A stretch of DNA of 64,000 bases from Squalus acanthias (lineage: Eukaryota), in contig CM059448.1 of assembly GCA_030390025.1 (NCBI GenBank), positions 29,698,001-29,762,000 of the forward strand. The letters are read 5' to 3'. The notes below the pieces were generated by a model, which was not told the origin of the DNA, made no database searches, and worked only from the letters and a program-made list of their open reading frames with translations. Shown in pieces: positions 1-13,975 of the stretch. Position 1 is the stretch's first letter. Each line of letters opens with the position of its first letter. The position numbers and the translations under genes are program-made.

Positions 1-1299
1 GGGAATGTTAACTAGGACACTGGGAAAACTCCCAACTTGAGATCAAAACTCTGTCGGTAAAATGATACCGTTGTCTGTATGGCTGTGAATGCAATTGGTC
101 CCTGCTGTAGCTGCCATGTCTGTGATCTCACTGGGATCCCACTTTTTGAAACAAAAGTATGTCACCAGGCATGTTTATACTGGAATAAGAAAGAACTTGG
201 CAAGTAGGGACAAGCGCGCAGTATAATAGGAGCAACAAAGGCAGATGAGCCAGGGCAGGACGGTGTGCTCTACTGTAAACAAGCGCATTTTGCTGGTCAG
301 TCATTCAAAAAAAAAGGGATCGAGCAGCTTTGAACTCCCATTATGTCGGACCCTAGCAGTTAGAATGGGAAAAAGACTTCAATTCCCATCAGGCTGGACT
401 GGAATTATGGTCCAAGTCCCTGTGGTTAAGAGCGTTAATCTTGCATCATTACGCTATCCAGTTTTCATGTTTAGAGAGTTTGAGGGGGGTTGGAAGTGTT
501 TTTTTTTAAAGGTTTCCATTCTAATGCACTTTTTCACTTTACGCCATCGTTTAGATTCTACCCTTCAGGCTTGTTCCGTAACACAATCTGTGGAGTGAGT
601 TCCTTCAAAGCTGTTAATTTGGTGAAAGGAATTTGTTGGCACCAGCTGCTTGTGTGCATGGTGCACAAATCTGCAGAGCACAAGTGTGAGTTCATGTGTT
701 GAAGTGTGTGAGCGAAGCAGGAGCAGCTCTCTGATGTGTTTGAAGAGAGATACAGTTGATCTGATATCCTAATACTGTTGGATGTCAGACATTGAAAAGA
801 TTTTGTTAATCCCTGAACAGGAACATCGGAGCCTCCTTCCATTGTTTTAATCTGCTTTTATTGAAGCCTTTCAGGATTCAGCGGAACTCCAGGCCTGTTC
901 CCTATGTCACCGATCTGACCGAGAAAATCTCTATTCTCCTGGAGGGAGGATATTGCCCAAAGCGAAGTGCAGTACCCACCTGTATGTGGTGTCATTGTTT
1001 CTCAGCACAGCTCTTGGGTTTTGACTTGCTTATTGGCCAGTCTGTAAATGAATACCCACCTGCCCCCCCTCAAAGAATTTGTGCCTGTAAATGGAGTGTG
1101 TGAATTCAATCCAGTCATCACAGCACAGAGCATGGTAGGGTCATTGCAGTCCTCATCCTATCCAATCCAATCCACTCCTGCTTAACAGAATTTTGGTGCA
1201 CAGTGCTCACCACATAGTGTAGAGTTCTTGAATACAAGCCCTGTGCTTCGCCGAGATGATCAGTCTTCAGTCAGGGGGCTTTCCTTTTAAATGTTTTGT

Positions 1300-1630
1300 T
1301 TGTTTTTTTATCTTCTCGCTCCTCCTCATAGGTGCTGACTCTTGCTGGGGTGCAATTTAACTGGCTCCATCTTCCCTCTGATTCCTCACTTTTTAATGTG
1401 AGTCAAGACAGTGATCGTTGGCAGTCAATTCAACTGTTGCCATCACATTAGAGGTCGATTCTGTGCTCACCTCGCATCACTGATGTTGACTAGGAGCAGG
1501 AATCCTGCCTGACTACCCTCATCCTTCCCTGCCCCGCCAGCAATACTGAGGCTAATCGGAATTCCCAAAGTCAGCATGGACTAGGGAGCAAACCTATGAC
1601 TTGAGAGTTTTCATATGAGTTTGCACTGCG
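1300..1630 (-). mobile_element. Old tRNA-headed SINE-like family ('family B'), degraded copy
   Basis: Shares motifs (tgactcttgctggg, ctgtgctcacc, ggagcaggaatcctg, actgaggctaat, gactaggga..aaacct) with 4990-5400 and 37200-37390, and in reverse with 14250-14525, 39860-40190 and 55690-56045. Boundaries approximate. Confidence 0.5.
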
Positions 1631-1724
1631 GGACGTGTGTGAAAGAAACATAAATTCAGGAGTGTTTGTCCACTTTAGGGTGCATGTATGTGTGATGGTG
1701 CTGTTTGTCACATTGTCCAGTATA

Positions 1725-2000
1725 GTAATGTCGCCACCCATAATCCAAGTTTCAGTCAAAGCCAGGATGGCAATGCCATCATCCACAATAAGGTCGTGGG
1801 TGGCAAGGGCCTTGTTCGTGAGTGAACAGACATTCTGGAGAGAAATGCAGAGGGGGTGGTGGTTGATCCGCAGGCAGAGTCCAAGGGGGTAGTAGGTAGG
1901 AAGGATGGCGAGAAAGATGGATGAGGCAGTTGAAGTATCTGCTCATAAGGCAGCAACGGTTGCCTCGATGGGCCTCCAGAGAATTCCAAGAGAGGCACAA
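1725..2000 (-). mobile_element. L2-type LINE ORF2 N-terminal APE endonuclease fragment
   Basis: Minus strand 1850->1725 reads CISLQNVCSLTNKALATHDLIVDDGIAILALTETWIMGGD, matching the N(V/I)RSL..K and (L/I)TETW motifs of LINE APE endonucleases. Confidence 0.75.
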
Positions 2001-2702
2001 AAGGTAGCTAGGGCTTATTCAAGAGGATTGAATCCTGGAACAACAGCAAAAGAGGATGATGGTAGAGGAGTAGTGATCAGTTGGGTTAGGAATTGGGGGC
2101 GCAAAGTCCCCAAGAAGGGAGAACGGAAAGGTAGCATGACTGGAGAGAGGAATGGGAGGAGAGAAGAGCTCAAGGGGCAAATGGGGAAAAAAAGGGGGGA
2201 TATAGAGCAAATGGGGTGGATTTTTGTCTTCACTGCTTGGGAAGTAATCAATGGAATGAAAATCAGGCAGGTTCTCTAAATATAGGAGGATCTGTTCCAC
2301 CAGGTTACCAGCCAGGCACTGAAGACAAAACTCTACCACTGTAGACTTGGGTCCAGGAGCGGATGCCACAATGAGCAAGCGATTGGACAGAGAAGGCATT
2401 TGGGTTATGTAGCCATCGCTAAGATTAAAGGAGACATCTGGTCATCAACAGAGGACCTTCCCCCTTACTCCAGGTCCCTTGTATCAGATGAATTAAGAAT
2501 TGTTATGCTCATGACCTAATGTTACAAGAAAATGTTACAATATCTAATTAGCCAATGGTCAGTCCAGAGGCGCAACTCTTCATTGCATCAACAACCTCAC
2601 CAAGCAATAAAGCACTCCACAAAGCAAGGCTCACAAATTCAACAGAAGTTTTTTTTTGAGAGTCTCCCTCTGCGGTTCTGTGGGTAAAAGCACTGATCCA
2701 TC

Positions 2703-2860
2703 TGATTCCCTGATGGTTTACTGGTTAGAGGCACCTATCCCAAGTCTGTGCTGATTCCCTGATGGTTTACTGGTTAGAGGCACCTATCCCAAGTCTGTGC
2801 TGATTCCTTGATAGTTTACTGGGTAAAAGCAATGGTCCTTGGTCTGTGGCGAGTCCCTGG
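2703..2860 (+). repeat. 49-bp tandem repeat, about 3 copies
   Basis: tgattccctgatggtttactggttagaggcacctatcccaagtctgtgc occurs twice exactly from 2703, followed by a diverged third copy. Confidence 0.9.
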
Positions 2861-4989
2861 TTTAGTGACTAAACAGCTATGGTGCATACGAACGTCTCTA
2901 ATCCTTTCCTTAGATTCTTGCACAATGAAACACAGCCCTCTTCAGCTGTTGGTCTAAGTTACACCTTGGCATTGCAAGGGGAAAGTCATCTTAGCATCTG
3001 TGATAAGTAAAAGGGGAGACTGAAAGAGATGCCCACCTACCGTAGGCTGAAACCCAACCTCGCCCTGCACTGACCCACAAACAATGGGCTTGAACACACC
3101 TTGCTCTGAGCCAGAAAATTGCTTCATTATTTTTCCATTTGAAATGCCCATTTTATTTTACAATCCTAGTACTGACTGGATTCATATATTTTAATGCCTT
3201 TGGGGGGGTGACGTAAAGTGTTTTTCCATGTTAACTAGCCCTCTGAGTTCTGTGGTGTCAGAGCAGCTAATGAGGTGCGTTTCCTCTTTACTGTATACTG
3301 GGGGTTAACAGTCATTATTGGAGGATACTGCTTTATCTGAACACTGTCGGGTCTTTCCCAATAATCACGTAACTTGGTTGTTCTCTTCACTTGGTGCGGG
3401 ACGCAAGTTACTCTGTCTGAATAGCTAAGTAGCACCGTGCAGACCTGAACACTGCAGTCGCACAAATACATCAGCTATTGTTTTGATGGGAGGGTAAGAA
3501 TCTCCTGTTGAACTCTTGCCCCTGACCGCCTGGCTTCTGCTCACTTCAGGACCAGCCAGAGCAGAGGTGACTGGCCTGTTCCTCGATGCTGGAGCTAGAC
3601 TGTACCTGCCTGTACAAACTGCATGTCCAGTCTGAAATTCAAGGTCCTCTTCTGGCACTTTCTGCCTTATGGCTTTTCGTTTTAATGTTAGGGATTTGCT
3701 GTCAGTAGTGCCTCTGCAATCCTCCTTATCCATTCTTTTCGGTATAACCTGAACTCTGCACCACCGGCAGTTCCCTAGGCCTGAATTTTCATGGCTTCGG
3801 TAAGCTGCTGGTCAAGGCAGTCCAATGTGCTGGCCACCCTCCCATTGGACCAGCCTGGGACCTATATTGGAACTGTTGGCACTTTACAAAGAAAAACAAG
3901 GGGGATGATGCTCATTGGTCATGGACCTTCATTTGAGGCCTGTTCTCCCAACGCCCAAATGGCAACATCAAACTGTCACTACATTGAAGCCAGAGCCAGT
4001 GCTGCCTAAATGCCCACCCTGGAATCGAACAGTTACCCAGGTAAAGGGGTGATTTTACTTCACTGAGGTTCGATCTGTGGAGGTGACCGTTCTTCTTGGA
4101 ATTTAATGGTAGGAACACAGGGCCAAAGCCCGTCCTTGAGTCTTGCCCTTTATTTCGATTGATTCAGAATGAAGACATGTCCTCCAGTTTGATAATGGTC
4201 TGTTGCCAGTTTTAAATGGGCAACGTTCAGCTCAGACTGGTGACAAGGGGCTTGTTGGCGCAGGACAAGGAGGCTTTGTTACCCGAGAGACTTGGTATAT
4301 TCTGTATTTTTTCCTAATCAGCATTTGCCACACTGCATTTTTCCCATGGGCGAATCACTGACAGCATTCAATCTGAGATGGTTTTGATATTGGCACAGCT
4401 TTACAATTCTCTTTTGCTGTACTGTATGAAGATGCTTCCTTAGTAGGTGCGATGGGTCTTTTTCTCTGTTGCTGCTAGGTTAGTACTTCTTCACATTTCT
4501 CTGTAATTAGCAGTTCTTTTTACACTCTGTTTTGTGCTTCTTATTGAGAACTTTGATCACAGTGGGCTTCGAGCACTTTCTGAACTGCTCCTGGGGAATC
4601 TGGTGACTAACAGCCAAGATCAATGCCCGTGGTTCAAGCACACCTGGTCTCTTCCTCTGTATGCTTGCGGGTTCCAAACAGAAACTGAAGCTACTTAAAG
4701 AACAGAGTGTGTATGACGTGGATTTGAAATTACAGCTTCAGGTTTCTATAAAATTCTTGCCTCCCTTGGAGGCAGCTGTGCTGCTCGAGTCTGCTGGGTT
4801 GGTGGGGTTAGATGCTGTGTTTTGGGTAACTATAACATTTTGCCATGTGGGCTTAGGGTTCTGGATGGATGAACTTCATGAACTACAATTTAGATGAGGA
4901 TGTGATTTGATAGCTGGATTGGTTAGTGTGACACTATCTGATAGATTCTGTCTGATTTTAGGACAGACTATCTGTCTTGTTTTTAATTT

Positions 4990-5400
4990 TTTTTTCTTCC
5001 TTGGTCTCTTCCTGTCTTTCCTCTCCCCCTGAAGGTACGGAGTTTTGCTGGGGTAAAGGTCCATGAATGTTGGCAACCCTGCAAATACTACTCTTCCAAG
5101 AGTTTTGTCAGACTCTTTGACCATAGAGTGGACTACAGCTGAACCCTATTCTATCCTCAACTACCTGAGGATAGAATAGGGTTCAGAATTACTCTGTGCT
5201 TTGCAGCAGAGATTACAGTCTAGCTAGAAGGAGCAGGAACCCTGGCTAAAGCCCCTCTCCCGTGCCCCGAGCCCCACTGTGGTGCTGAGGCTGCGATCAG
5301 CTAACTCCACACAGACTAGGAATCAAACCTGGGACCTTCTGCTCTGCATGACTCAGTATCACATCCCTGGGGGATGCCTTTTCTCCCCAGGCCATTGGAG
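4990..5400 (-). mobile_element. Family B SINE-like copy containing a 21-bp perfect hairpin
   Basis: The head gatcagctaactccacacagactaggaatcaaacctgggaccttctg is the reverse complement of the tRNA-like head (agaaggtcccagg/cttcaatc..ctgagttagctg) seen at 39860 and 55700. Confidence 0.55.
5139..5186. repeat. Perfect inverted repeat, 21-bp arms, 6-nt loop
   Basis: ctgaaccctattctatcctca-actacc-tgaggatagaatagggttcag. Confidence 0.95.
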
Positions 5401-5559
5401 GAGGCTCTGTATTGTTCAGTCACTTTCTATTTTCAGACTTTGCTTGTTATTGAGCTTGTGGCCTTGGATTGCAGGATTTCAGAATGTGGACAAAATTAAT
5501 TGCAGCTTTGCTATTTGCACAGAAAAATTGAGCAATACAGTTATGCATGCTACAAACTA

Positions 5560-5905
5560 AAAGAAAAACGTGCATTTATATAGTGCCTTATATTTCTCAG
5601 GACATCCCAAAAGACTTTGTAGATAGTGAATTATCTTTGAACAGTTATTGTGCATTTTGTGCACTGAAAGATCCCACAAACAGCAAATAAGATGAGTAAT
5701 TTTGTTTTTGATGGTGTTGTTTGAGGGAGGAATGTTGGCCAGTACACTGGAAGAACGCTTCGAAAAGTGAAATGAGATCTTTTATGTCCAGTTTAACAGG
5801 CAGTAGGACTGCGGCTTAATGTGTGCCTTGCGACTGCACGATACACCGAGATTATGTGATGGAGTGGGACTTGTGCCTCTGACTTTAGATAATAGCAACT
5901 GAGCC
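5560..5905 (-). mobile_element. Deu-domain SINE (SacSINE1/AmnSINE1-like), degraded
   Basis: Begins with the reverse-complemented L2-like tail tgcatttatatagtgcctt..ggacatcccaaa and is colinear with the better copy at 8394-8770. Confidence 0.65.
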
Positions 5906-8393
5906 AAGCCAACTTTGAAATACTTTGAAAACGATTCCCTTGTGTTTAGTTATCGTTGCCCTGCACTCTCAGTGAGAGACAGACGTGCTGTAACCAGCAA
6001 CTACACCGAGCAGCCTCTAAATACGTTCCGAAAAAGAATTACTGGCCAAAATACTGCTCTGGAACAATATTTACCTGAGATGAAAAGAAAGAACAGCAAA
6101 TGCTGAAAGTACAGTCGAAAATACAAGGCACTTGTCTTTTTTAAAAAAAAAACTGACCAGCGCTTAGAAAATCAACGAGCAGAGTCCCGAGATAATCCCA
6201 GGGCAGTTTACAGGCTTATTGCAAGCACAAAGAGATCCTGTTTTCTTCAAACATTTTGAAGTCTTTGAAGAAGACTGTTATTTGTTAAAAGCAGACTGTG
6301 TTCTTGAATTGGTTCTATGGCCTATTGGCCACGCACAATAGAGTCCTGTGGTTTTCTTCTGAAGCTAAACTAAGATTGTATCTTGACTTTATTTTTGTAT
6401 TTACAATATTAAGAAGCTTTTATTTGTGACATGACCATAAAATCAGACGCATGTGTCTTTCACCTATTGGTTCCAACTCACATGACCTCTCTTTCAAGTG
6501 CCCTGAATGAAACACTCTTCCAGACGACCTTCGGCTAGTTTTCTATTGCTGCTGGGTATCTGCGGCACGCTGCTTTACCCCGAGAGGAGCAAGCTGTGCA
6601 GGGAATGCGTGGCGGCGGTCTTCGTGCCTCAGTCCAATGTCTCTGGTGTACGGAGCTCCGTCTCTGCTCGCTGTGTCCCAGGCTGTCGAGCATCAACCTT
6701 TGCATGAGTGTGAAGAAACCTTTTCTTCGTACAAACGTGTTGCTTGAATTTCAGAAAAGCGGCTACAATTTTGTTTCTTTATAAACGCATTCCCTCACTG
6801 ATAATTGATTATATATATTTTCTATACTCCAGGCACTAACAGTTAACCAGTTTATGGCAATCCATTTACTCAATTCAGTTTTTTTTTGGTCAGCTGCGTG
6901 TCTGACACATGCAAAAACCCGTCACCATATTTGAGACTCTGAACCAAGCAAGCAAGAAATCTACATGTAAAATTTCTGTTTACCTGATGGAGGTGCACTC
7001 CTCACAAGGGCATACGACACATACCCAATCCAGAGAGCATCGGCACAAGTTGGTAGAACCAAGGTTTAGAGCCCCCTCCCCCCCCAAAGTGCGCACAGGG
7101 TTCTACTGGTGTTTAACCACCTGGACCTATGCAGCTTACTAGTGCAGAGCACTGGTTAGCTTCCTACTGCTTGTCCGACCAGGAGCACCCTACCTGTTGG
7201 GGCTTTGGCTTACGAGAGTTGCAGCCTCCAATGGCAGGTCTATCCCTCCAGGTTCCATTAGTGAGCCAGAGTGGCTGGTAAATCATCATCAATGCCCGAA
7301 CGACTGCAGACCTTCCTGGTTCAGATATCAGATCACCAAGTCTGCCGCAGTTCTATCGCCAGGCATCTCATCTTGGAGCGACTTCAACCCCACCGAGACA
7401 CTACCTACCCCTCCAGCTCAGCCCAAGGAGATCAGTCACCAGTTAGTCGTTAGGCAACTAGATTTGTGGATTTAGCATAGTCTCACTCTTAGCTGTAAAA
7501 CACTCTTCGCAAGGACAGCTATTGTCACGCGTACCGAGGGTTTATAGACGAAAGCAAATGTTATATTTATTTAGAAATGAAGAGTAATGTAAAGCACAGA
7601 AATCGGTATATGCTTAAAAAATGATGAGTCCATAATGGGTTAGTTATCCTTACCTTTGAATTAAATATGAATCTCTAAATTGAATGCACGGTTTTGATTT
7701 CTGTCACGGTGAGTTCAGAAAGTTTCATCTCAGTGTGTTGTACCAACACTTGTTCTGTTTTAAACTCTGCCTTTACTCTCTTGTATTAAAACCAATTAAC
7801 TCTGACCTCTGCCACCTTCAATAATGCTTCATGTATGCACCTTGGCCTAGCTATAACCAATGGGTTGGGACATCAAATGTAGTTTGTAATAACGAGGTGT
7901 TTGTTGAACTGAGTTGCACTGTATTTGTAATACTGCAGCTCTGTTTGGCTCCTCTCAGATTGAGTGCCGTACTCTCACCGACTGTGCGTGCACGAGGACC
8001 GGAAGCACAGTGAGCAGGAGGTCAATACAGAGCAATTTCCAGCTATGGCATCGGGAATATAGGCAAAGGACAAGACGTATGTTTGTTATAACTGTCCCTT
8101 CCCTACAGTAATGTCCATTACACATCTTAATACTGGTGAACAGATGTGTAGAACACAATGTTGAATATCCTGAAGATAACAACACTTGCACATGTCTGTC
8201 AATTATGATGTCCAAACAATAGAGCAAAACTGATCTTTCACATCAAAGGGACAGTGCATTGATTAAATCAGGGAAACGAGCTGCTTTGATCTTTTAAGTA
8301 ATTGAAACCAGCAATTCGAGCTGCTTTTGCATTGCAGCCTGGGTCTCGGGAGAGCAGTCTGACTGAGCGGCTCTCCCACGTTTAGCTTGTAAT

Positions 8394-8770
8394 AGAAAGA
8401 ACTCGTATTTATATAGCGCCTTTCACGACCTCCGGACATCCCAAAGTGCTTTACAGCCAATACAGTACTTTCGAAGTGTAGTCACTGTTGTAATACAGGA
8501 AACACGACAGCCAATTTTGCGCACAGAAAGCTTTCCACATCTGTTTTAGTGATGTTGGTTGAGGGATAAATATTGGCCGGGACACCGGGGAGAACTCCCC
8601 TGTTCTTCTTCGAAATAGTGCCATGGGATCTTTTACCTCCGCTTGACAGGGCAGACGGGGCCTCTGGTTTAAAGCCTCATCCGAAAGACGGCACCTCTGA
8701 CAGTGCAGCACTCCCTCAGTACTGCACCAGGGTATCAGCCTGGATTTAGTGCTCCAGTCTCTGGAGTCTG
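8394..8770 (-). mobile_element. Deu-domain SINE (SacSINE1-like), best-preserved copy
   Basis: Contains gccatgggatctttta..gggcagacggggcct..gtttaa..ctcatccgaaagacggcacctc.gacagtgcagcactccctcagtactgcac (recalled Deu-domain core, reverse complement) plus an L2-type 3' tail. Confidence 0.8.
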
Positions 8771-9999
8771 TTAACTGGCAGCACTGAGGGTCCCGTGATT
8801 GTGAGAATGTGCCGTGACATTTTGACCAGCACTCTGGTGTAGAGAAATGACATAGTGACGCCAATATGAGCTAATCGGGGAACGTTTCGTGTGGTGACAC
8901 CCTGAATCAACCTCATTACATCGCCACTGAAACTACTAGCCTCAGTTAAGCCAGGCCACAGCCTAAAAACGAGTGGGGCAAACGGGCCTTAATTGCTATC
9001 CATCTAACAAACAAAATCCGCAGGATCACCTTGATGTGGCCACCAGTGACAGGAGACCTGTGGCCAAAAGTAAAAGCGGCTACAAATTCAGCTTCACCCG
9101 ACAGAGTCTCCCCTCCAGCAATGTTGGATATGGTTCAAGTGCTCAGTAAGCTGCGAGGATTATTCCGAGCTGGCGAGGAAGGCATGGAGAGAGTTGAATA
9201 CTGTGCACACTGACCCAGCTTGTGGTGCAGAGGCTGTGTACTGGTATTGTACACACTGAGAGCGAGATGCTAAAGATGATGGTGTCGCTTGTTCTGTTTA
9301 AACTGAAAGGTCCTGCAAGAAGACTGCTATTTAACGTAAACTGTGACGGGGCGTGCTAGAGCGGTCACTGAGAAGACCTCGATCACATGACCCTGAAGTG
9401 TTGAGGATGATTAAATAGAGACACATTCTGCAGCCGTGCCTCTGATGCAGTGGTAGTCGGAGCTGTACTCCTGGTCTGTCTTTGAGTGACTGGTGCCTGT
9501 ATAACGAAGTGTGTCTGGATCTTATCTGAAACGCACCTGCAGGATCTATCCCATAAAACCAGAAAGCTGGAAACGGTGTTTGAAGGGTGGAGGGCTGAGA
9601 TGGAGTAAGCTGGGTAGCTACCTAGCGATGCTGCGAAAGCCAGCCATTTGCACCATTCAAGATGGGGGTAGAGTGTAACATTTGCATTATATTGTAGACA
9701 CAAGGCGAGCCCTGTGTTCTATCCTGAATTATCTCTGCAGTAAGTCACTGGGTGTCCTGTTATTTGACTCCCTCACCTCCATATGCTCCTTGTTCTATTG
9801 GAAGCGGAGGCCTGTGACGAGGTAAGGGCAGCACTGAAGACAGCATTGCTTCGTTCACCAAGGGCTGCTTTACAAAGTCTTAACTGAAAGGAAACCTCTT
9901 CCTGTCAGCGAGGTTATAGATTACGACCTTACACAAAGATGAGTGTACCAATCACTCCTTGCCATAGTAATGGCTACCCAACTTTCACCAGTAGGCTGA

Positions 10000-10270
10000 A
10001 CTGTGGAAATGCAAATCTCGTTAACTAGCTCAAAGCCTCGGTGACCTTGAGTTAGGGAGAGGAAAAGTCAGTCACTCCTGATCCGTGTTCATTGAGCCCT
10101 GGTGGAAAGTGCACCTGTGACACCGTATCCTCCCGCGATTGACTATAAGGTCACTCGCCACTGAAATGCACATGGCAAGACTGACTGCTTGGACAAGGTA
10201 CTGGATGACTGCTGCTCCCTGTGGAACCATATCCAGCAAGGAGCAGCACATCCAGGAGAAGAGCAAATTT
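10000..10270 (+). mobile_element. Family B SINE-like copy, degraded
   Basis: Motifs gttagggagaggaaaagtcag..ctcctgatc, atggcaagactg.ctgcttgg..aggtactgga, ccctgtggaac match other family B copies. Confidence 0.4.
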
Positions 10271-13200
10271 GGGGCGTAGGTAGAAACTATCCCATGTGAT
10301 TGTGTAAAGGCGGCAGTGTAGCATTTCATAGTGAATGTGGAATGGGCTCCTAGCAGTCCATAGCTTGGCATGTTACAACTGTGTGGGCTGGTGACTCTTT
10401 GCCAATTCATTCTGGCCCTGGCAAACTACCTGCTTTATAGACCTCTGGGCTTTCATTCATGCCTTGCCAAGCTGTAGGATGTTAACTGAGTTGGAATTCA
10501 GTCCTCTTTCCTTTTTTTGTTGTTTTCCTGCAAAAGAAGGAAGGAATGTTACTAGGAGACAGGATTATCCCAGCTTCCAAACACCAGCAAGAGGCCCCAT
10601 TGAAATACAACTATTTATTAGAGCAATTTATCCTGAGGTTTTTTCCCATCTTCCTTTGGGTAAGTGCCTGGCCTTCACTTGGCAACTGGGCACAGTGGCA
10701 AATGGGAGACATAGACCCATGTCCCAACACATGTTCCCAGTTTGGCCCAATGGTTGGGCTTGTGATTCTTGACAAGGCACTGGGGAGTGACACTGGCGTG
10801 GGAGAATAGTTCACTGCCCACCCCACACCCCCAGTATAGAAATGAGCTGTTCCTGGCAAAGTGGTACACCCTGGGGTATAGAATGGGGTGAGAATCTCAC
10901 TCTATACTAGGACAAGACAACTTGCTCAACTCTTTCCCCCTTTCTTCCACTGGAGTTCAAACAGCATCCTGGCTGAGCTGGCTTGGCCTGATAGTTTCAT
11001 ATTAAGTCTGCTGTATTGTAGGGAATCCAAAATGAAGTGTTGATGATGATCTTTGGCATCCATTATGTGTATATATAATCTGAAGAGGCAGGTTTGAAAC
11101 CTGTACTGCGATGATGCACCGCACGGTGTGATCAGACGGGAAGAGTACAGGACAGTAGAGCGAATGAGAGGGATCCTGAAATGGGGATAGAACGGGTGAC
11201 AAGAAAAGGGATGAGAAACTTGGGACAATCGAAGTAGTGATGGATTAAAATATTAGTGTCTCCTTGATCTGTTGGAGTCTGTGTGAAGGGGAACCACAAT
11301 ATTAGTCCAGCACATTCTGAGGCTTGGTGTGTTTGTAGACACAGTTTCACTATGTGCAGGTGCTGCAGTTTATTGGGGAGTGAAAATCAGGTATAGTGTG
11401 GATACAGTGCGCACGTGTGCTTAATATAGTGTGTATAGTGAGCAAGTGTGTGTGTGTGTGTGTGTATATTTGTGCTTTTATACGTGCGTGTTTGTTTGTC
11501 GGCATATATGCCCAGAGTGGTTATGCCTGTGTGTACTAGTCTAATTTCTGCCCCAGCTAAATCAGCAAAAACAAGGAACCAAAGGTGTGGCCTCGTGGTC
11601 TGTTTGCTCAGTATCTCACCACACTGTGCTTGTACTCACTAGGCCATCGGGCATGCTGTGTAAGACCGGTTCACGTACTCTGCTGCAGGTCTGGGCTGCA
11701 CCAATGTGAACGTCTAGAACTAACCAACTGAAAATGCAACATGTATAGTGGACAGAGAGCGCACCGGGCACCCTGGCATTGTAGAGTGACATGCAGTCAC
11801 ACGCACATTCAGCCGGAAGCAGCGATACAGGAAAGCAGCGTTTTGCGCAGAAGTCTTTGGGCTACTTCTGGCACCATTTACTGAAGCCCTTTGATCTTCT
11901 CCAAGCTCTTTGATCTGCGACTGCGTGCTGCTGAGTAGCTGCCAGTGCGGTTACAAACATTTCCCCAGAATAGAGACTCCAATTGTCAGCTTCTTTTGAG
12001 AAGGGTTGGGGATAAGGGGGTTTTAAGAGGGCTTCTCTTCTTGTCACTGTCCTCATGACACGCACTGCTGTTTCATCTTGACGTTGAGGTTTGTGCTACT
12101 GTTGCTTGTTTTTATACAGAAGGAAACTTTGTTCAAGGCTTTTACAATCAGAGTCCGAATAATTGGTGAGCCAGCTAGCAATGCCGGTCTCGCCATTTTG
12201 CTTGCGGAGGAGTTGGGCTGGCTGGTATCTGTCGGAATGGCTTTAAGAAACATCATCCAGTATTGATCTTGTGCAGGGATTTCAAAAAGTTTTGCGTGTA
12301 AACATTGATCATCGACTATAGAGCCCTTGCTGATTGGTCCCTGCTAACTACGTATTGTCAGCACAGACCAATCGCATCCCAACAATCAATTCCACAAGAA
12401 CACAAAAATCCCATTTTTAATTTATTCCGTCCAAACATACAATTTTTTAAAAATCTGACTTCCCCATTTTAGTTATATTTACAGCACTTTTTTTTATTTT
12501 TAGCTTTTTTTCCAAAGCTTTCTCCACTCGGTTTCTGCCTGATCCAAATCCTTGCCCTTGCTTCCCCTCCCCTCCCCTCTGATTTTAGCTGCTGTAAAGG
12601 TCCTGTCTTCCTCATCCTCTGCCTCACTTGAATCTTCCCTCCTGCTCCAGCAGGGCTGTGAACCCAGATTCCAGCTCGGCCAGCTCCTCTGCTGTGCCAG
12701 ACCGACCCTCCCTTGTCTTCCCTCTGAGCGCACTCACCGAATCGGGAAATTAAACAAAGAGTAAATAGAAATAGTAAATTTAGACTTATAAGAAAGTAGA
12801 GAGTGAGAGTCAAAGGAGGAAAAAATCAAAGGAAAATAAATCTAAGCTTTTATTTAAAAAAAAACGAGAGAAGGATGAAGAAAGTCTCAAAATACAGACT
12901 GGTAGACGTAAAGAAACGGATACAGTGAGACTATGGCAGGTATACTTAAAAGAGATATACACAAACTAAGACTGTATAATGAGCATATACGAGTGGGAGA
13001 GATGCAGTAGAGCGAGGGGAAAGAAAAGAGAGGAATAAGGAAGTTTAGATGATGAATACAAAGATGAGAAGAGAAAACATCTGAACCTTACAGACCGAGA
13101 AATGCAGAGACCAAAAGAATGCAGGACAAATTGTAAGAGGGAGACACAAGGAACTGGAGAGTGAGAGATAAGCAGACAAGACAGTCACATGGAGAAAGAC

Positions 13201-13975
13201 TCGAATGTTATTTTTGTTTTTGTCTGAGCTGCTGATTGCTACCCATTGACTCCGATGTGGACATCAAGTGGGGAAAGGGGAGGCCACAGGAGATCAACCA
13301 GATATTCTAAGAAAAAAGTTAAAAATTGGAATAGACTCATTTGCAATGTCGTCACTGGGATTTCAGAAAATTATCGGTGGAGCAGGGTGACGTTTTCACA
13401 CTGTGTGTATTTCAACTGCTAAAACACTCCAGCAACACAATTCCAGATTCTGCTCTTCCGAATCTTGGTTGGGTCTGGAGAGAGTATTTTGAGCTGTATA
13501 ACATCAGGGTGAAGTGAACGGAGCAATTTGAGGAGATCAATTAAGAGAATCACATTGAAGTATTAAGCTAAAAACAAATTTTCCTAAAAGTCTGTCATTA
13601 GCGGCACATTAAATAAGCTTATTCTTAATAAGTTACTGGTAGGAATTTGGGTTAATCGGACTCGTGTTTAATTTGTATTCAATTGAGAGAGACATTTATT
13701 TGGGGGTTTAATTTTTCTGATGTGCAGCACACTGAATACAAAATCTCCAATAATCTCGAATGAGAACAACCACTAAAAACGCACCATGAGAGAAACCAAA
13801 TTGTGTTAACCCTTTGAGGACTGCAGCATCCATGCTGCAAATACATCAAAGGGGAAAGAATGGGTTCAGTGTTCCAGTAAGTGCACCACCCGGGACTGAT
13901 CTATACAGTCCAGAAGGTGCTGGGATTGATCAGATTGCTCCATTTGCAGCTCTTGGTCAGGCAGCCATTAGGATG

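Noticed and set aside
3235-3733. Minus-strand ORFs of 78-102 aa in unique sequence
   Set aside because: No recognisable domain, interrupted by stops, no convincing splice sites.
6900-7600. Possible solo LTR
   Set aside because: No TG..CA termini with a TSD could be identified.
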